The position numbers and the translations under genes were made by a program. From contig NC_081404.1 in assembly GCF_030684315.1 (NCBI RefSeq), positions 13,769,140 through 13,833,139 on the forward strand: 64,000 nucleotides of DNA, in the 5' to 3' direction. Under the pieces are notes generated by a model. It saw nothing but the letters and a program-made list of their open reading frames with translations. It did no database searches and was not told where the DNA came from. Origin of the DNA: Stegostoma tigrinum. Taxonomy: Eukaryota. Below, piece after piece: positions 36,558-49,457 of this stretch. How positions within the stretch are numbered: position 1 is the stretch's first letter; every line of letters starts with the position of its first letter.

Positions 36558-38299
36558 ATACTTATTTCTCCCATCATGATTTTTTTTACATTATGGTTTC
36601 AATGTTACATTTTCGTGCTTTGGAAATCCTGAGCCACACTCAATCTGCATTCATTCACAAAAACATGCCTGAACAGAAAAGATATATTCACCAAGCAAAT
36701 TCACACAGTAGGCACCATGGATTTAGAGAATTGGTGAAAATCTGAATACAATGCTCAGCAAAAACACTCTTATTCATGTTTCTGTATAACCAGTTTAGAT
36801 TAGCAGCCACCTTCACTGAGTGCCTTAAAAAATGATTTCTCATGGACTTAAAATTAAGTTATGCACAGGCCTTTTTTGTTTTAACATTTTCAAGCATGCT
36901 CTTCAGGGGCCTGTCCCACTGTTAGAAAATGGAGACTAAAGTTGGTGAGGCTTTCTCCATGTCCCTTGAGTGTATATATCAACGCCATACTGCAGATGTC
37001 CAAATGCACCAGTGTCATTGTAAGTTTGTGACCACCAGAAAAAACTACCTCATTTTCTCTCTATCAGATAAATCAAAGAATGCAAGGTATAACAAGGAAG
37101 CCCTGGCTTGCCCGATAATGATAACCACCATGTTTTAAAATTTTTGGCACTCATTGAGTTTCAAAAGTCCCAGTCATTTCTGTCTTGCTATGCATTAATG
37201 AATGTATAATTGAGTGCTTTTCTAGTTGTCTAATATTTCGTCTTGCAACATTGCATTCAATCAATTATGTCAAAGCAAGATAAAGGCAATTCAAAACTCA
37301 AATGATATGGAACATAGAAATCAAATTAAGGAATGAAGCTCTAAAATGATTACAAAAATAAATAAATCAGACATTGAATTCTCAAACTTAATTTCAAGCA
37401 AGTTACACACATAGGATATGTTAATCTACTCAATTGTTACACCACAGTCAGATCGCATCTGTCAATAGTAATCCCTGTGGTTTCTTTTTATCAACATAAT
37501 AAAAAAAATTCTTCTCTTGGTTGAAATGTTCAAGTGCGTTTCAGTTTGTTTTACTAAATTATTTCAAACTAACTGGAAGATGAACTTTAATTATTGAGAT
37601 TCCTCCCTCTTATCTGCTGCCTTTATCAATCATATTCATCATCACACTTAATTCCAGCCACAGGCATAAACAACAGCTATCCAATAGCAAGGGCCATTGT
37701 TTTATTGACTCATATGAAAATTGGCACCTTTGCTGCACAGTGCAGCGTTCCCTCAGAGTATGTGCTTAAGGCTCTGAATCTGCAAACCTCTAACTCAAAG
37801 GTGACAATGGATCGATCGAGCTTCCTGTTATGTATAATATCCCTTGCAGAGGCTTTTCCATTTGTTACTATGTTAGTAGGTCTCAATATAGCACATGCTC
37901 GCAAGACAGCTTTTCTCTTAGCACCCGAAAGTTCTGTATGCTGTCACATCCATTTCTGCCATTTAAGTGTCAATACTGGTAGAAAATCAGTTAGTAAAAT
38001 CAGATTTGTTTGTGGTTCAGTGAGCTCCACACATCTGGCAATACATATCTGCTTAGCAATAAAGAAGATGGAGAAACATATGTTCATTTTGAAATCTGAG
38101 AATAACCAGTTTATTGATGAAAGCCAATGAGGACAGTTAAGTTTTAATTATTCCCAATCATGGCTGCTTTTTCCTATGTAACTGGAAAAGATAATCAGCC
38201 CTGTTTAACTGCAAAGATTAAAAACAATTCAAGTTCCCATCTTATAGTTATCAATTCACCCAGAAATGCCACTTCTCCCCCTATGATACAACATTTAAC

Positions 38300-38620
38300 T
38301 TGCATAGAAGCTTAGAAGCCAGGAGCAAGAGGAGGCCATTCGACACCTCAAGCCTGCTTTGTGATTCAATATGATCATGGCTGATCATGACCTCAATACC
38401 CTGATCCCACAGTCCCCCATATCCCTTGATCCTTCAGTCACAAGAACTATATCTGCCTCCATCTAGAAAACACGTACTGCTCTAGCCTCAACAACTTGCT
38501 TTAGTAGTGAATTACACAGGCTCATCACTCTCTGTGTGAAGAATTTCTTGTCATCTCAGTCCTAAAAAGTTTACCATGAAGTCTTAAACTATGACCCCTT
38601 GGTTCTGAACTCCTCCACCA
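38300..38620 (-). mobile_element. Old CR1 3' end fragment
   Basis: ggccattcgacacctcaagcctgc...atgatcatggctgatc...ctcatcactctctgtgtgaagaa is homologous to the 3' end of the CR1 at 4521. Confidence 0.7.
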
Positions 38621-41600
38621 TTTATTTATTCTTTATTTAATCAGCTGGATGTTGTTGTTAGGATTGGAGTTGTAGTGACTGTAGTTTTCTCTCTCTCCAG
38701 ATGAATGAGCTTTTATATAAACACAGAAAGATAAAAGGGCAATTGTCCTAGTAAAGGAAAGGTTAGGGCCTTTAAAGGTTAGAACAGAAAAAAAAACCTC
38801 TTCTACTGGCAGGGAATGAATGGTTTAAAATGTTAACAAGTATTTTATCTCAGCTTTGCAAAGGAAATTGAAAGTAGGAAACTGGGTGAAATAACTCCAC
38901 AGAGGCCTGTAACCTGTCTTCAAGTCACCCTTTATTTACATGTGAAAAGTCCTTGACACTGATCCAGCGTCCTCAGAGCCAGCTCTCAGAGTGAACAGAA
39001 CCTCTGACATTCCAGTCAACTAGATTAACCTGGCTGACTTTGTTACAATCATTTAATCCCTCCCCCTCTGAGGCTGAGGACATAGGCTGGTTTTTTTTTT
39101 GCAGCTCCCCCTGGAGTGTCTTACCACTGGGTCAGGTTCCTCCAACTCTGCCTCTGATATGGGTGGCATATAACGCATAGTAACTCGCCTCTTGCACCCA
39201 GCACATCTCAGAAGAAATTCATTCTCCTCTTCAGATGGTAAAGTCATCGAAGCAACAACATCTGCCACGTCCACCTCAGATTCTGAGGGATCTTCGATGC
39301 ATGACAGAGAGAGTGGACCCATGAGCTCCACAACAGTTGGAAAGTCAAGGAGCTGAGCATGTTTTGCTCACCATTTGTGAGTTTTCAGGTTTCATACAGT
39401 CTATGTGCTTGTACAGGACAGTCGCATTTACTGGAACTTGATATGTCAGGGGGCCTGACTTCAAGTTGACCATGCCTCTTACCCATGCAGGGCCATCCCC
39501 ATGACTCCTACATCAAACTTCATTCCCTGAGGTAAACTGTCTCTCTCACCAAGCAGGGTCTTGTGCCCAGCACTGGTATTCGTGATGCTGTTTCACTATT
39601 CTCCACAACCCCCAGCCCCTACCTCCGAACTCTGAGAAAATCAGATTTAGCCAGGTCCAGAGTCTTCTCCCCATTAAAAACTCCGTTGAAGGTATCCCTG
39701 TAGTGCATGAGGGGTGTTCTGATAATCAAAAAGGAACTGGGACAGTTTAGTATGTAGTGAACCTGTAGGCTGCTTCTTTCAGCCTGCCTTCAAAGTTTGG
39801 ACTGCTCTTTCTGCCAGACCATTGGATGATGGATGGTATGAAGCTGTCCTTATATGATGACCATCATTCAACTTTATGAAATACTCAAAGTCCCTGCCGG
39901 TAAACGATGGCCTGTTATCTGTGACTCCCAGAAGTCCATGCCTTACTCAAGATGCATGCAGTCTTTCTATCATCATCCTCATGTTTGATGACTGGACACT
40001 GTGCATGTCCAGCCACTTTAAGTAGGCACCCACAAAGACTAATAATATCGGCCCATGATAGAACCAGCATAGTCAACATGTAACCAAATCTGGGGTTTAT
40101 CCAGCCATTCCCATGAATGTTGGGGAGCTGCTGGTGGCAATTTTTGTCCTTATTCGCACTCTGAGCACTGACCCCACCAACACAGCTATGTCTGCATCCA
40201 ATCCTGGTCACCAGACATAAATTCTCCCCAACATCTTCATTTTGGACACCCCTTGATGACCTTGATGGAGTTCAGCCAGTATCTGGAAGCAACCTTTGCT
40301 TGGGACAATCACTCTTTTCCACATAATAATATGCTGTCCTGTACCGTGACCTGGTCTCTCCAGGTCCAAAAAGGTTTCAATCCTGGTAGTGAGGGCCCTT
40401 AGGCATCCCCCATCATTACCAGCTGTTTCAGTTTTGCTTGAACCAGATCTTCTGTGTCTAAGATCTGATATTATTGACTGTGAGTAGAAGTATGTCCAGA
40501 AAATTTAAAACCATTACGGATTTCTGGCCAACATGCAAGGAGGCTTTGACTCCTTTGATAGTCCCTAGACATTCCTCAAAAACTTCTGGGTACTTAATTC
40601 AGACTTTTCTCCACGGCCATTTTTTAATTGACAAATGTTGAGTCAATCTAGGTGAATCTTTCTCAACCAATTTCTCCCCATTAATCTTAGGTTCGAGTAT
40701 TTACCACAATTAGTGCTAACTGAAAGAGTTTCTTCTCACAAGAGACCATAACCAAAGTTGTATACTTAATACATAAAGGTTCCCTGGTATAGGCTCTCAG
40801 CCTGGCCGAGGTCTTATGTAAACTTAAGGTTTGGAGTCCAGAGTGAATTTTGTTAAGGACTGGTTCTGCGATTACTGAAACGTGTGTGCCGGTATCAACC
40901 TCCACTCAAATAAGGAGGCCACTTAACCAGATTTTTCTTTGATTTGTTCTGATTTGGATGTTGCTAAGGAATTTAACTGCTCCAAACCAGATGTCGGTAG
41001 GCTTTCCAAGATATACACTCTCCTGGGTACCAGCTTCGGAGTCCTCTCACTTGATTCAGCCCTAGTGGGACTCTTTTGCTGTTGAGTCAACATACTGACA
41101 ACAACTTCAATGGCTAGTTGGCCCAGATGCTGAAGGAAATTTTAACTGTTTGGCCAAGGCTTGGGTTTGTTTTGGGGTTTTGCTGTGGGCTGGCCTAGAG
41201 TCCATCTGTTCAGGATATGCCCTGAGTGAGGCTCTGCAATTGTCTTCAGTCAAATGGCGTTCCCCAAGCTCAACTGGACTGGTGAGGGCATCCACTTCCA
41301 TTGGGATACCCTACAACTCATATGCTCCACTTGACAAATATTCGAATGACAAAGCCAGTTGTAGTGCCTGTTTGAAGTCCAATTGGGCTTCAGCTAGTAG
41401 ATGCTTTTGCACGGTTACATCATCAATCCCACATACCAAAGGTCTCTCAGCATCTCATTCAGGGTTAAATGATAGCCACATGTCTCTGCCAGTCATATTA
41501 ACCTCATCAAACATACCAGAAATGAATTCCCCTCATTCTCAGGGTGCCAAGTAAAACCGATAGAATCTCAGACTTAGAGGAGGCTTAGACTCATAAGATT

Positions 41601-42031
41601 TCTTAGCTTAGTCCAACAACTCTGAAAGCTTTAGTATCTGGTTTCTCAGGGAAATTTAGGTTCCTAATGACTGAAAAAGCTGCAGGTCCACAAGCTGTCA
41701 GGTGAATTACTTATCGTTTTTCATTTGCCCGGAAAAAAATTATGCATTCTTTCCACATACTGGGCCCAGTCTTCAATGGCAGGATCAAATGAATCAAGCT
41801 TCACAAATAAGTGCATGATGCCAAAAATGCTTACCCCAAATCAAAGATACCTGTTGCAAGTGAATTTTTTCAGGAGTGTTCTTTTCTCTCATTGCCACTG
41901 AAATTTCCCAGAGGCCAGTATCCTGTCAACAAGTCGCCCTTTATTTACACTTGAAAAGTCCTTGGCACTGATCCAGCTCCCTCAGAGCCAGCTTTCAGAG
42001 TGAACAGAACCTCTGACACTCCTGTTGATAT

Positions 42032-43114
42032 TTTTTTTTCACGTGTGTGCATGTGACTGTGCAGGACACAGTAAAAACACCAGGTGTGTAAATAACTTTA
42101 TCAATAGCCCACCACCAAGAAAAACACCCACGTGACCCAAGAACCAGAAGCAAGCAGAGTCCCACTGGTGGCAATACCTATGTGAACGAGAAAGTGAGGG
42201 TGAGGGTAGGGATCAAATCAAAATAGAGGTTGAAGAGGAAATGAAGCGCTCCACACTCTGTGGTGCCCACATCTCCCATAAGGCATCAAGAGTGTCAGTG
42301 CACACCTCATGCTCCTTCTTCAGGGACACCTGGGCATGGATGTAGCCATGGAAGAGGGACAGACAGGACAAGCCCCTCCAGGGCCCACTGCCTGGACCTA
42401 TTAATGACCAGCTTGGTCAGGTCCAGAAGCAGACCTACAAGGAGATCCTCTGACTTGCCAGTTCCTCTCTGCACCAGGTGTCTGATGATTAGGAGCGTGG
42501 GGCTGAAGTACAACTGAAAACACAAAAGGAAGTCTTTAAGATAACTGAACATGGAGTGCAAGCACCCACACCCAACATATATATGGTCCGTAGGCTCCAC
42601 AGTGTTGCAAAACAAACAGCTGGGCTGGGAGTCCGTGAATCAAAACAATCTGTGGTTACCGGGGACTGCTGTGTGCAAAACTCTCCCCGCTACACACCGC
42701 CCCCCCACATCCCCAAGGGAAAATGGGAGGACTCCTGTGTAGCGACCCCTCCACTGGGGATCCCTGTCACCTGGTGGCAAACAGGCATGGCCAGGTATAT
42801 CAGGTGGTAGATGAAAGAGAAGAGGTGGATGGTGAGCAGCAGCAGTCTGTACAGGGCCTGCCATTTCATGCCTTTAAAAGACACAAAATTAAAATTCTGG
42901 ATGTGGCTCAGGTGGCTCCCTGAGGAGGCACAGGATCCTGGGCCAATGTGAAATTCTGTCCAACAGGTGTCTGTGCAGATAGGATTCCATTGCATACCTG
43001 AGAATCCTCCAACTGGTGCACAATGTCGGGACTGAGCACCACCATTTCAAGGCATTGAATCGTGGTAGCCCTGAACCAGACATCTACCATGGCCCTCCGT
43101 GCCAATTCCTGTGG
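42032..43114 (-). mobile_element. 5'-truncated L1/Tx1-like LINE 3' end nested in the Gypsy 5' LTR
   Basis: Poly(T) on + at 42031-42039 (poly-A tail). ORF2 C-terminal-like CLHSMFSYLKDFLLCFQLYFSPTLLI...LLVGLLLDLTKLVINRSR. Flanking 15 bp duplication cactcctgttgatat / cactcctgtctatat. Clade assigned from recall. Confidence 0.7.
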
Positions 43115-43182
43115 CACTCCTGTCTATATCTGTCAGCCAGGGCTCCCCGATAGGACCAGGTTAACAGCCGCAATCAGGGAAA

Positions 43183-43536
43183 GCGATGGCCTTGTGGTAT
43201 TATTGCTTGAACTGTTAATCCAGAGACTGTGATAACATTCTGAAGATCCAGGTTCAAATCCCACCACAGCACATGATGGAATTTGAATTCAATAAATATC
43301 GGGAATTAAGAATCTAATGATGACCATGAATCTATTATCAATTGTTGGAAAAACACATCTGGTTCACTAATGTCCTTTAAGGAAGGAAACTGCCATTGTT
43401 ACCTGGTCTGGCCTACATGTGACTCCAGATACACAGCAATATGGTTGAGTGTTAACTACCCTCAGGGCAATTAGGGATGGGCAATAAATGCTGCCTAGCT
43501 AACAATGTCCTCGTCCCATGAATGAATAAAAAAAAA
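43183..43536 (+). mobile_element. tRNA-derived SINE nested in the Gypsy 5' LTR
   Basis: A-box-like tggccttgtgg, B box ggttcaaatccc (~43251-43262), 3' end ggcaattagggatgggcaataaatgc...atgaatgaataaaaaaaaa. LTR sequence resumes right after it. Confidence 0.75.
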
Positions 43537-44249
43537 CTCATATTCTATAAGGTCTACCTGGCGCACCTTGTTATAATCACTACACTGGTAGTCTTAGAAG
43601 GGTGTTGAAGGCTACTGCAGGAGATCAACTTTAAATGAGAGATTTTAAAAAGTCTTATGGGTTGACAGTTGAAAACTAGCAAAGTTGAGATCCTTGAAGG
43701 AGGCCATGAAAGGATATCAGAGACTCTAACTGTGATTTTCCAAAAACTTTCAGAACAGGAATATTCCACAGAACCAGAGGACAGTCATTGTAATGGTGTT
43801 ATTTAAAGAAAGGAAATGTAAATTATACCAAAACTATAAACAATTGGATTCATGGGTTTTGAGAAGTGTCGTAAAGGACAGAAGAAACTTTTGGGGCAGA
43901 GGGGCTGAAGAAGGAAAGGTCAGAGCACACATCTGAGACAACAGAATGTAAATTTGTCGATGATGGGATGAGGAAAAGCAGGAATACATAGGAGATCAGA
44001 GGAATAGACAGTCTAATAGTTTTGTGGGGCTGGATGGATATTTTGAAATAGATAGGAATAAAATAATGGAAGGATTTTGTGATAATCCTACAAGGCCCAT
44101 GGTGAATCATTAATTTATCTCCTTGTTGCACTAATTGCATATGAGTTGTCTTGGCATTGAGCAATGGCCTGCCCAGCTGGAACTTATCATCTGAAGGCCT
44201 TTGTTGCTGTTCTATGGACAGTACAACTAAAACTGTTAAGGGTCTGTAC

Positions 44250-44515
44250 TGGTGCAGTGGTAATGTCTCTGTCCAGATCAGGAGACCTTGGTTCAAGTCA
44301 CATCTGCTCCAGAGGTGTGCAGTAACACTTGTGAATGGGTTGGTTAGAAAGAAAGTAAGTAGGTTAAATAAACAAAAAAAATTAGAAAAGCAGACCCATG
44401 AGCCTTCTTGTGGCACAGTGATAGTGTCAATACCCCAGAATGGGAGGCCCAGATACAAGTCCCATCTGCTCCAGCAATGTGTAACAACACTTACAAACAA
44501 GTTGATTAGAAAAAT
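44250..44515 (+). repeat. Two diverged tandem ~100 bp tRNA-like SINE heads
   Basis: ggtgcagtggtaatgtc...ggttcaagtcacatctgctccag at ~44250-44350 and ggcacagtgatagtgtc...tacaagtcccatctgctccag at ~44410-44515. Confidence 0.5.
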
Positions 44516-44621
44516 AGGTGAATGAGAAACAAAAGAAGTGATGGAAAAATATATTTTGGGTGCGTGTGATAGCTTTTCCATCTATTAAAAGAAGACCCAA
44601 CCACTTTTAATTCCATCAGTG

Positions 44622-45715
44622 ATAATGGGAACTGCAGATGCTGGAGAATCCAAGATTACAAAGTGTGGAGCTGGATGAACACAGCAGGCCAAGCAGCATC
44701 TCAGGAGCACAAAAGCTGACGTTTTGGGCCTGGACTCTTCATCAGAGAGGGGGATGGGGAGAGGGAACTGGAATAAATAGGGAGAGAGGGGGAGGCGGAC
44801 TGAAGATGGAGAGAAAACAAGATAGGTAGAGAGGAGAGTATAGGTGGAGTGGTAGGGAGGGGATAGGTCAGTCCAGGGAAGATGGACAGGTCAAGGAGGC
44901 AGGATGAGGTGGTAGGCAGGAAATGGAGGTGCGGCTTGAGGTGGGAGGAAGGGATGGGTGAGAGGAAGAACAGGTTAGGGAAGCAGAGACAGGCTGGGCT
45001 GGTTTTGGGATGCAGTGGGGGGAGGAGACGAGCTGGGCTGGTTTTGTGATGCAGTGGGGGGAGGGGAAGAACTGGGCTGGTTTTAGGATGCAGTGGGGGA
45101 AGGGGAGATTTTGAAGCTTGTGAAGTCCACGTTGATATCATTGGGCTGCAGGTTCCCAATATACCATATATTGTATCCATTGTACCCAGTGTGGCTTCCT
45201 CTACATTGGGGAAACCAAGCGGCAGCTCGGGGACCACTTTGCAGAACACCTCCGCTCGGTTCGCAATAAACAACTGCACCTCCCAGTCGCGAACCATTTT
45301 AACTCCCCCTCCCATTCCTCAGACCACATGTCCATCATGAGCCTCCTGCAGTGCCACAATCATGCCACCCAAAGGTTGCAGGAACAGCAACTCATATTCC
45401 GCTTAGAAACCCTGCAGCCCAATGGTATCAATGTGGACTTCACCAGCTTCAAAATCTCCCCTCCCCTACTGCATCCCAAAACCAGCCCAGCCTGCCCCCG
45501 CTTCCCTAACCTGTTCTTCCTCTCACCTATCCCCTCCTCCCACACCAAGCCGCACCTCATCCCACCTCCTTGACCTGTCCGTCTTCCCTGGACTGACCTA
45601 TCCCCTCCCTACCCACCTATTCTCTCCTCTCCACCTATCTTCTTTTCTCTCCATCTTCGGTCCGCCTCCCCCTCTCTCCCTATTTATTTCAGAACCCTCT
45701 CCCCTCCCCTCACTT
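44622..45715. mobile_element. Penelope-like element: GIY-YIG endonuclease remnant flanked by inverted pseudo-LTR arms
   Basis: + strand ~45160-45450 reads IYCIHCTQCGFLYIGETKRQLGDHFAEHLRSV...VANHFNS...EQQLIFRLETLQPNGINVDF. Region ~44752-45157 is the reverse complement of ~45408-45706. Confidence 0.85.
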
Positions 45716-48203
45716 TTTCATGGTTAACAGTACCCTTAACAGGCTTTGCATGCAAGTATTTGGCTACAGGAGTGATTTATTGGTGGCAGTTAATAAGTAA
45801 AAACAAAGTATTTTCAATAGTGATTTGGTGTTAGAAAAAAAAACAAGTTCAGTTGTGTGTGAGATCACTTCTGGATTTAAAGCAAAATAAAGCAGACCCA
45901 GGGATGACTCTGCAGATCTGTCTGTCCCAGGCTGGGACTAGCCAATATACATCATGAGTGGTGGCTCTATTTTGGTGTTCAACAACAAATGTTGTTCCTT
46001 TCAGTTGGGTTTCCTGAGTTACTACAGATTTAGACATGAAAATGCAACTACCTCCTGTTGAGGTACTTGTTCACAGTGAGGCAGTTTGATTCAACAGCCT
46101 CAGAGTGATAGGTGAGAGGGATTAGTGTGGGGCAGGATGTGGGCGTAGAGTTTTGGATGAGCTGAGGTGGAAGACATGAGAGTGGGAAGTGTAAGGGTGG
46201 TCTGGGAGAATTGGGAAAGTCATATCTGAACAAAGACATCAATCAGGATTTGAGTTACAGCTTGGCAGAGATAGTGGCAGAATCAAGGGCTCATCCAGAT
46301 CAGTTTCAAACCTCATTTTCTCTTCTAACTGGCCTAGCAGATTCAAGAACCTTCCCTAATTGGACAGTGCACCTATCAGTGTGGGGTCCAGACCCCAAAA
46401 TTGATCTGACTCCAGAGTTTCAATCCAAAATCCTGCCCATTGTTCTGCCTTTATTTCAATATTTATTTGTTCCTATTCTGTTTGGTTTCAACTTATTTGT
46501 TGGGCATTAACAGTGAAAGAATTTTGACACGTCTGGGTAGACCTCCCTGCCTTGGTCATTAGTAGTTCTCTGCCTAATGTCAGAACCAAACTCGGAAGAA
46601 TATGACTGCTTTCAAACTTTGTTGCTGGTAGGAACTGCAAGAGGCTATTTGAGTCGATGTTCAATACTGCACTGCCAGCCTACTAAGTGAAACTTACTGG
46701 GTGTGCAGCAAACACACTGACATGGGGCAACAGTAGAAAACTCAGGGATGTCTCTCATCTGATTATATTTCTTTGAGTAATCCAAATCTTGTACGAAATT
46801 GGGCTAACTTTCTCACGACTTGTACCACAAGAAATCTTGGTAAAACATGTATAACTATTGAAAGTTACTGAGTCCCCCTCCAGGTTTTAGGTTGGGTTCC
46901 TGCACAATCTATTAAGACTCTACCAAACAGTTCTTCAAAAGCTGGTATTGAAGTAAAGGGTGCAGATTGAACCGATGGTTGGAAATGAATGGCATGTCTG
47001 GCAAAATTACACCATATCTTCATGTAATCCTGATCAATAAAAATGTTTTAGCATTTTAGCCTGTATTGAAATTTCATGACCCACTCAAAAAACAATGATA
47101 TGATACTCAAAACAATATTACCACCTGATGTGCTATTGCCTTTTCTTCATTGTCTGGTATTTAAGGTGGTTGCTATTGTGTCAGTAGCACTTTGTCCTTT
47201 AAATAATAACACTCGGGTATTGGTTCTGACGCAATTTCTGACTAGGTTGTTTGATATTACCCTGCCGTTCTATCAGCCTGATATCTAGTCACAATATAAT
47301 TAGGAAACAATCCAGTATTTTACTCTTATAGCATCACAGTTTCTTTTACTTCAATTGATTGCTTCTCCTGCCTCTTATGCAGATCGTTGCCTAAGATAAA
47401 ATCAATTGCTTATATCAGGATTTGTTGCATTATTCTGACTGCATCTCCATTTATTAAGTCACTTTTTAATTCAACTTGGTATTATGGGAACAATTCCAAC
47501 CTTCATGTATACCACCATGTGATATATTTTCCTCAAATATTCAGTTGGTAGCTCTGAATTTGCGTTTTGCTGCAAAAAGACACATTTGTTGAAATTCTTT
47601 TGCCTTGCATTCATCAGAACAATTTACAAGAAATGTAATTTAAGGGAAAACTGATACTTATAATGTAGGAGATGACAGTGCTGACTGGTTGGCAAGTAAT
47701 CTAATCAGAGACTCTGTGGCATGTGCCCTTCTCACTCGAAGGCACCTCTAAGACAGAGGATTCAGAACAAAAACAAAGATAGTCTCTGGTTAGAGAAGCT
47801 CATGTCAGTTGGGCACAAAGTGGGTGTGACTACTATCTGCCTTTAACATGCTTATGCTGAAGAAAGTTTTAGCATTAGTAGCTGCATCTTCACCTCATTG
47901 CTCCTGCCTCACTTTTGTCCAGGATCCTTGGTACTGAGAAGAACCTAGTGGCCAGGCTCATTTGGCAAAAATGGGTCCAAGGTGTCCAGGCTAGTATCAG
48001 TAACTAGAATGTCTTGGAAGAAGGCAGATCAAGGGATGAGTGAGGCCTTCAGATTTCAGCTGGATCATGCCAAAGCTGTGCCCATATCTTTCATGTTGAG
48101 AACATGTAAATATGATGACACTAACCAGACCCTAGAAACGTCAGTGAGCTTAGGAGGGAAGTCAACTTTTATGTTTCGCCATTCCTTTCCACTAAGTTGA
48201 ATC

Positions 48204-48378
48204 TTGCTGAAAGAGAGACTGAACTCTTTGACTTGCACTCATTAGGACAATCACAAGAACACCCATGTTCAAACAATCACAGGAATGTCTATCACAGCAA
48301 TTTACATCAACCATCTGTGTTTGCCCTGATGAGTGCAAGATGAGAAACTTCAACAACATGCCTTTCTCTTTTCAGCAA
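48204..48378. repeat. Imperfect inverted-repeat element; a related half copy lies at ~47575-47710
   Basis: ttgctgaaagagag...cttgcactcattaggacaatcaca pairs with tgtgtttgccctgatgagtgcaag...ttctcttttcagcaa. Confidence 0.5.
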
Positions 48379-49129
48379 TACTCAAGCTTTTGATGGTCAA
48401 GTGCCAGTTTCCCACTAATTGTGAATTAAGCCTCAAGGCATTGGCTAGCAAGCTCGACAGATATATTTTCACAATAATAAATAACTGATGTGCAATTTTT
48501 GCCAAAGTTTACATTCTAGTTTCTAGTTGCCCAGAAATCACGGAAGAAAGTTTCCCTCCTGCAGCAGCTACTTATTTCTTTAACTTTCCAATTTTGATGG
48601 AAGGATTCATTTTTCTGTTGTGGTGCAACCAAGATTGGAAGAAACCAGTGTTCAGGGTGAGAGTCGCAGACACAAATCTAACCCCACCATTTCTGCAAGA
48701 GATCCACCCTGCCCATACTTGCATGCAATTGTGATTCGGTAAATGGCAGAGTCATGACTGGGGTGAAACTACTTATCAAGTTTAATAGAGAGGTCAAGAA
48801 TAGAATGCAATATCAGTGGTATAATCATAGCAATAGCCAAAGTATGGAGAGCACATTTTACTTCTGCACATTGCAGCTTTGTTGTGCAGTGAAGCAACTT
48901 TATGCAACAGTAAATATCACAACACAAAGCCACACAGTGTTACCCATAAACTATGATCAGCTGGCAAGAACAAATATGACTGATACAAGAGAGCTTCCCC
49001 TCGGTAAAGATTCACATCCATGTTGGACTGAAGTCAATGCTTTCATCATGCTTCTCCTTTTCCTTTCATACTGGAGTTAACTGAAGACTCTCAGTTCTTG
49101 AGGTCTTGTACAAAGAACTCTATGTTCAT

Positions 49130-49135
49130 TTTATT
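49130..49135 (-). terminator. Polyadenylation signal AATAAA of the minus-strand keratin
   Basis: tttatt on the + strand, ~320 nt downstream of the stop codon. Confidence 0.55.
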
Positions 49136-49457
49136 TTGAAAACAGTATTTTTCTGATACATGATTCTTACCTGGCTGTGGCATGGCCATTATTACTCTGA
49201 TGACATACAATACATCATGATGCTGGAGAAGGAAGGAATTTAGAGGGGTTCAATTATTCACTCAGAATTAAATAGGAAGGTTCTGAGCATAGAAGTAGCT
49301 CACAGTAATTAAAAAAAAGAGAGAGACAGGATGAGTTGGCTAGACTGCAAGCAGAAAGACTTTTTGCTGCCCATTTGATGCAAAATAGAAATTAAATTGA
49401 GAGGCAATGAGGCAGAGAACCAGCTTTTTTTTCCCCTGCAGTTGTGTCAGATTTCTT

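Larger units (their letters stand above)
38887..43584 (-). mobile_element. Degenerate Gypsy/Ty3 LTR retrotransposon: 3' LTR ~38887-39056, internal region 39057-41898, interrupted 5' LTR 41899-43584
   Basis: The two LTRs share ccctttatttaca...gaaaagtccttg...ctcagagccagct...gtgaacagaacctctgaca and have TG...CA outer ends. PBS TGGCAATGAGAG at 41886-41897; polypurine tract at ~39058-39070. Coding remnants: gag KLDSFDPAIEDWAQYVERM, protease EVDTG, integrase YHPSSNGLAERAVQTLK. Probable TSD ctggg/ctggt. Confidence 0.88.

Noticed and set aside
37594-38130. 178 aa ORF and similar intergenic ORFs (e.g. 43850-44581)
   Set aside because: Non-ATG start in the first case, no recognisable domain or splice context, and overlap with AT-rich or repeat sequence.
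43183-44515. A/B-box sequences as tRNA genes
   Set aside because: No complete cloverleaf; these are degenerate SINE heads.
44990-45110. Short ~39 bp repeats as a CRISPR-like array
   Set aside because: No unique spacers, eukaryotic context, and part of a Penelope terminal repeat.
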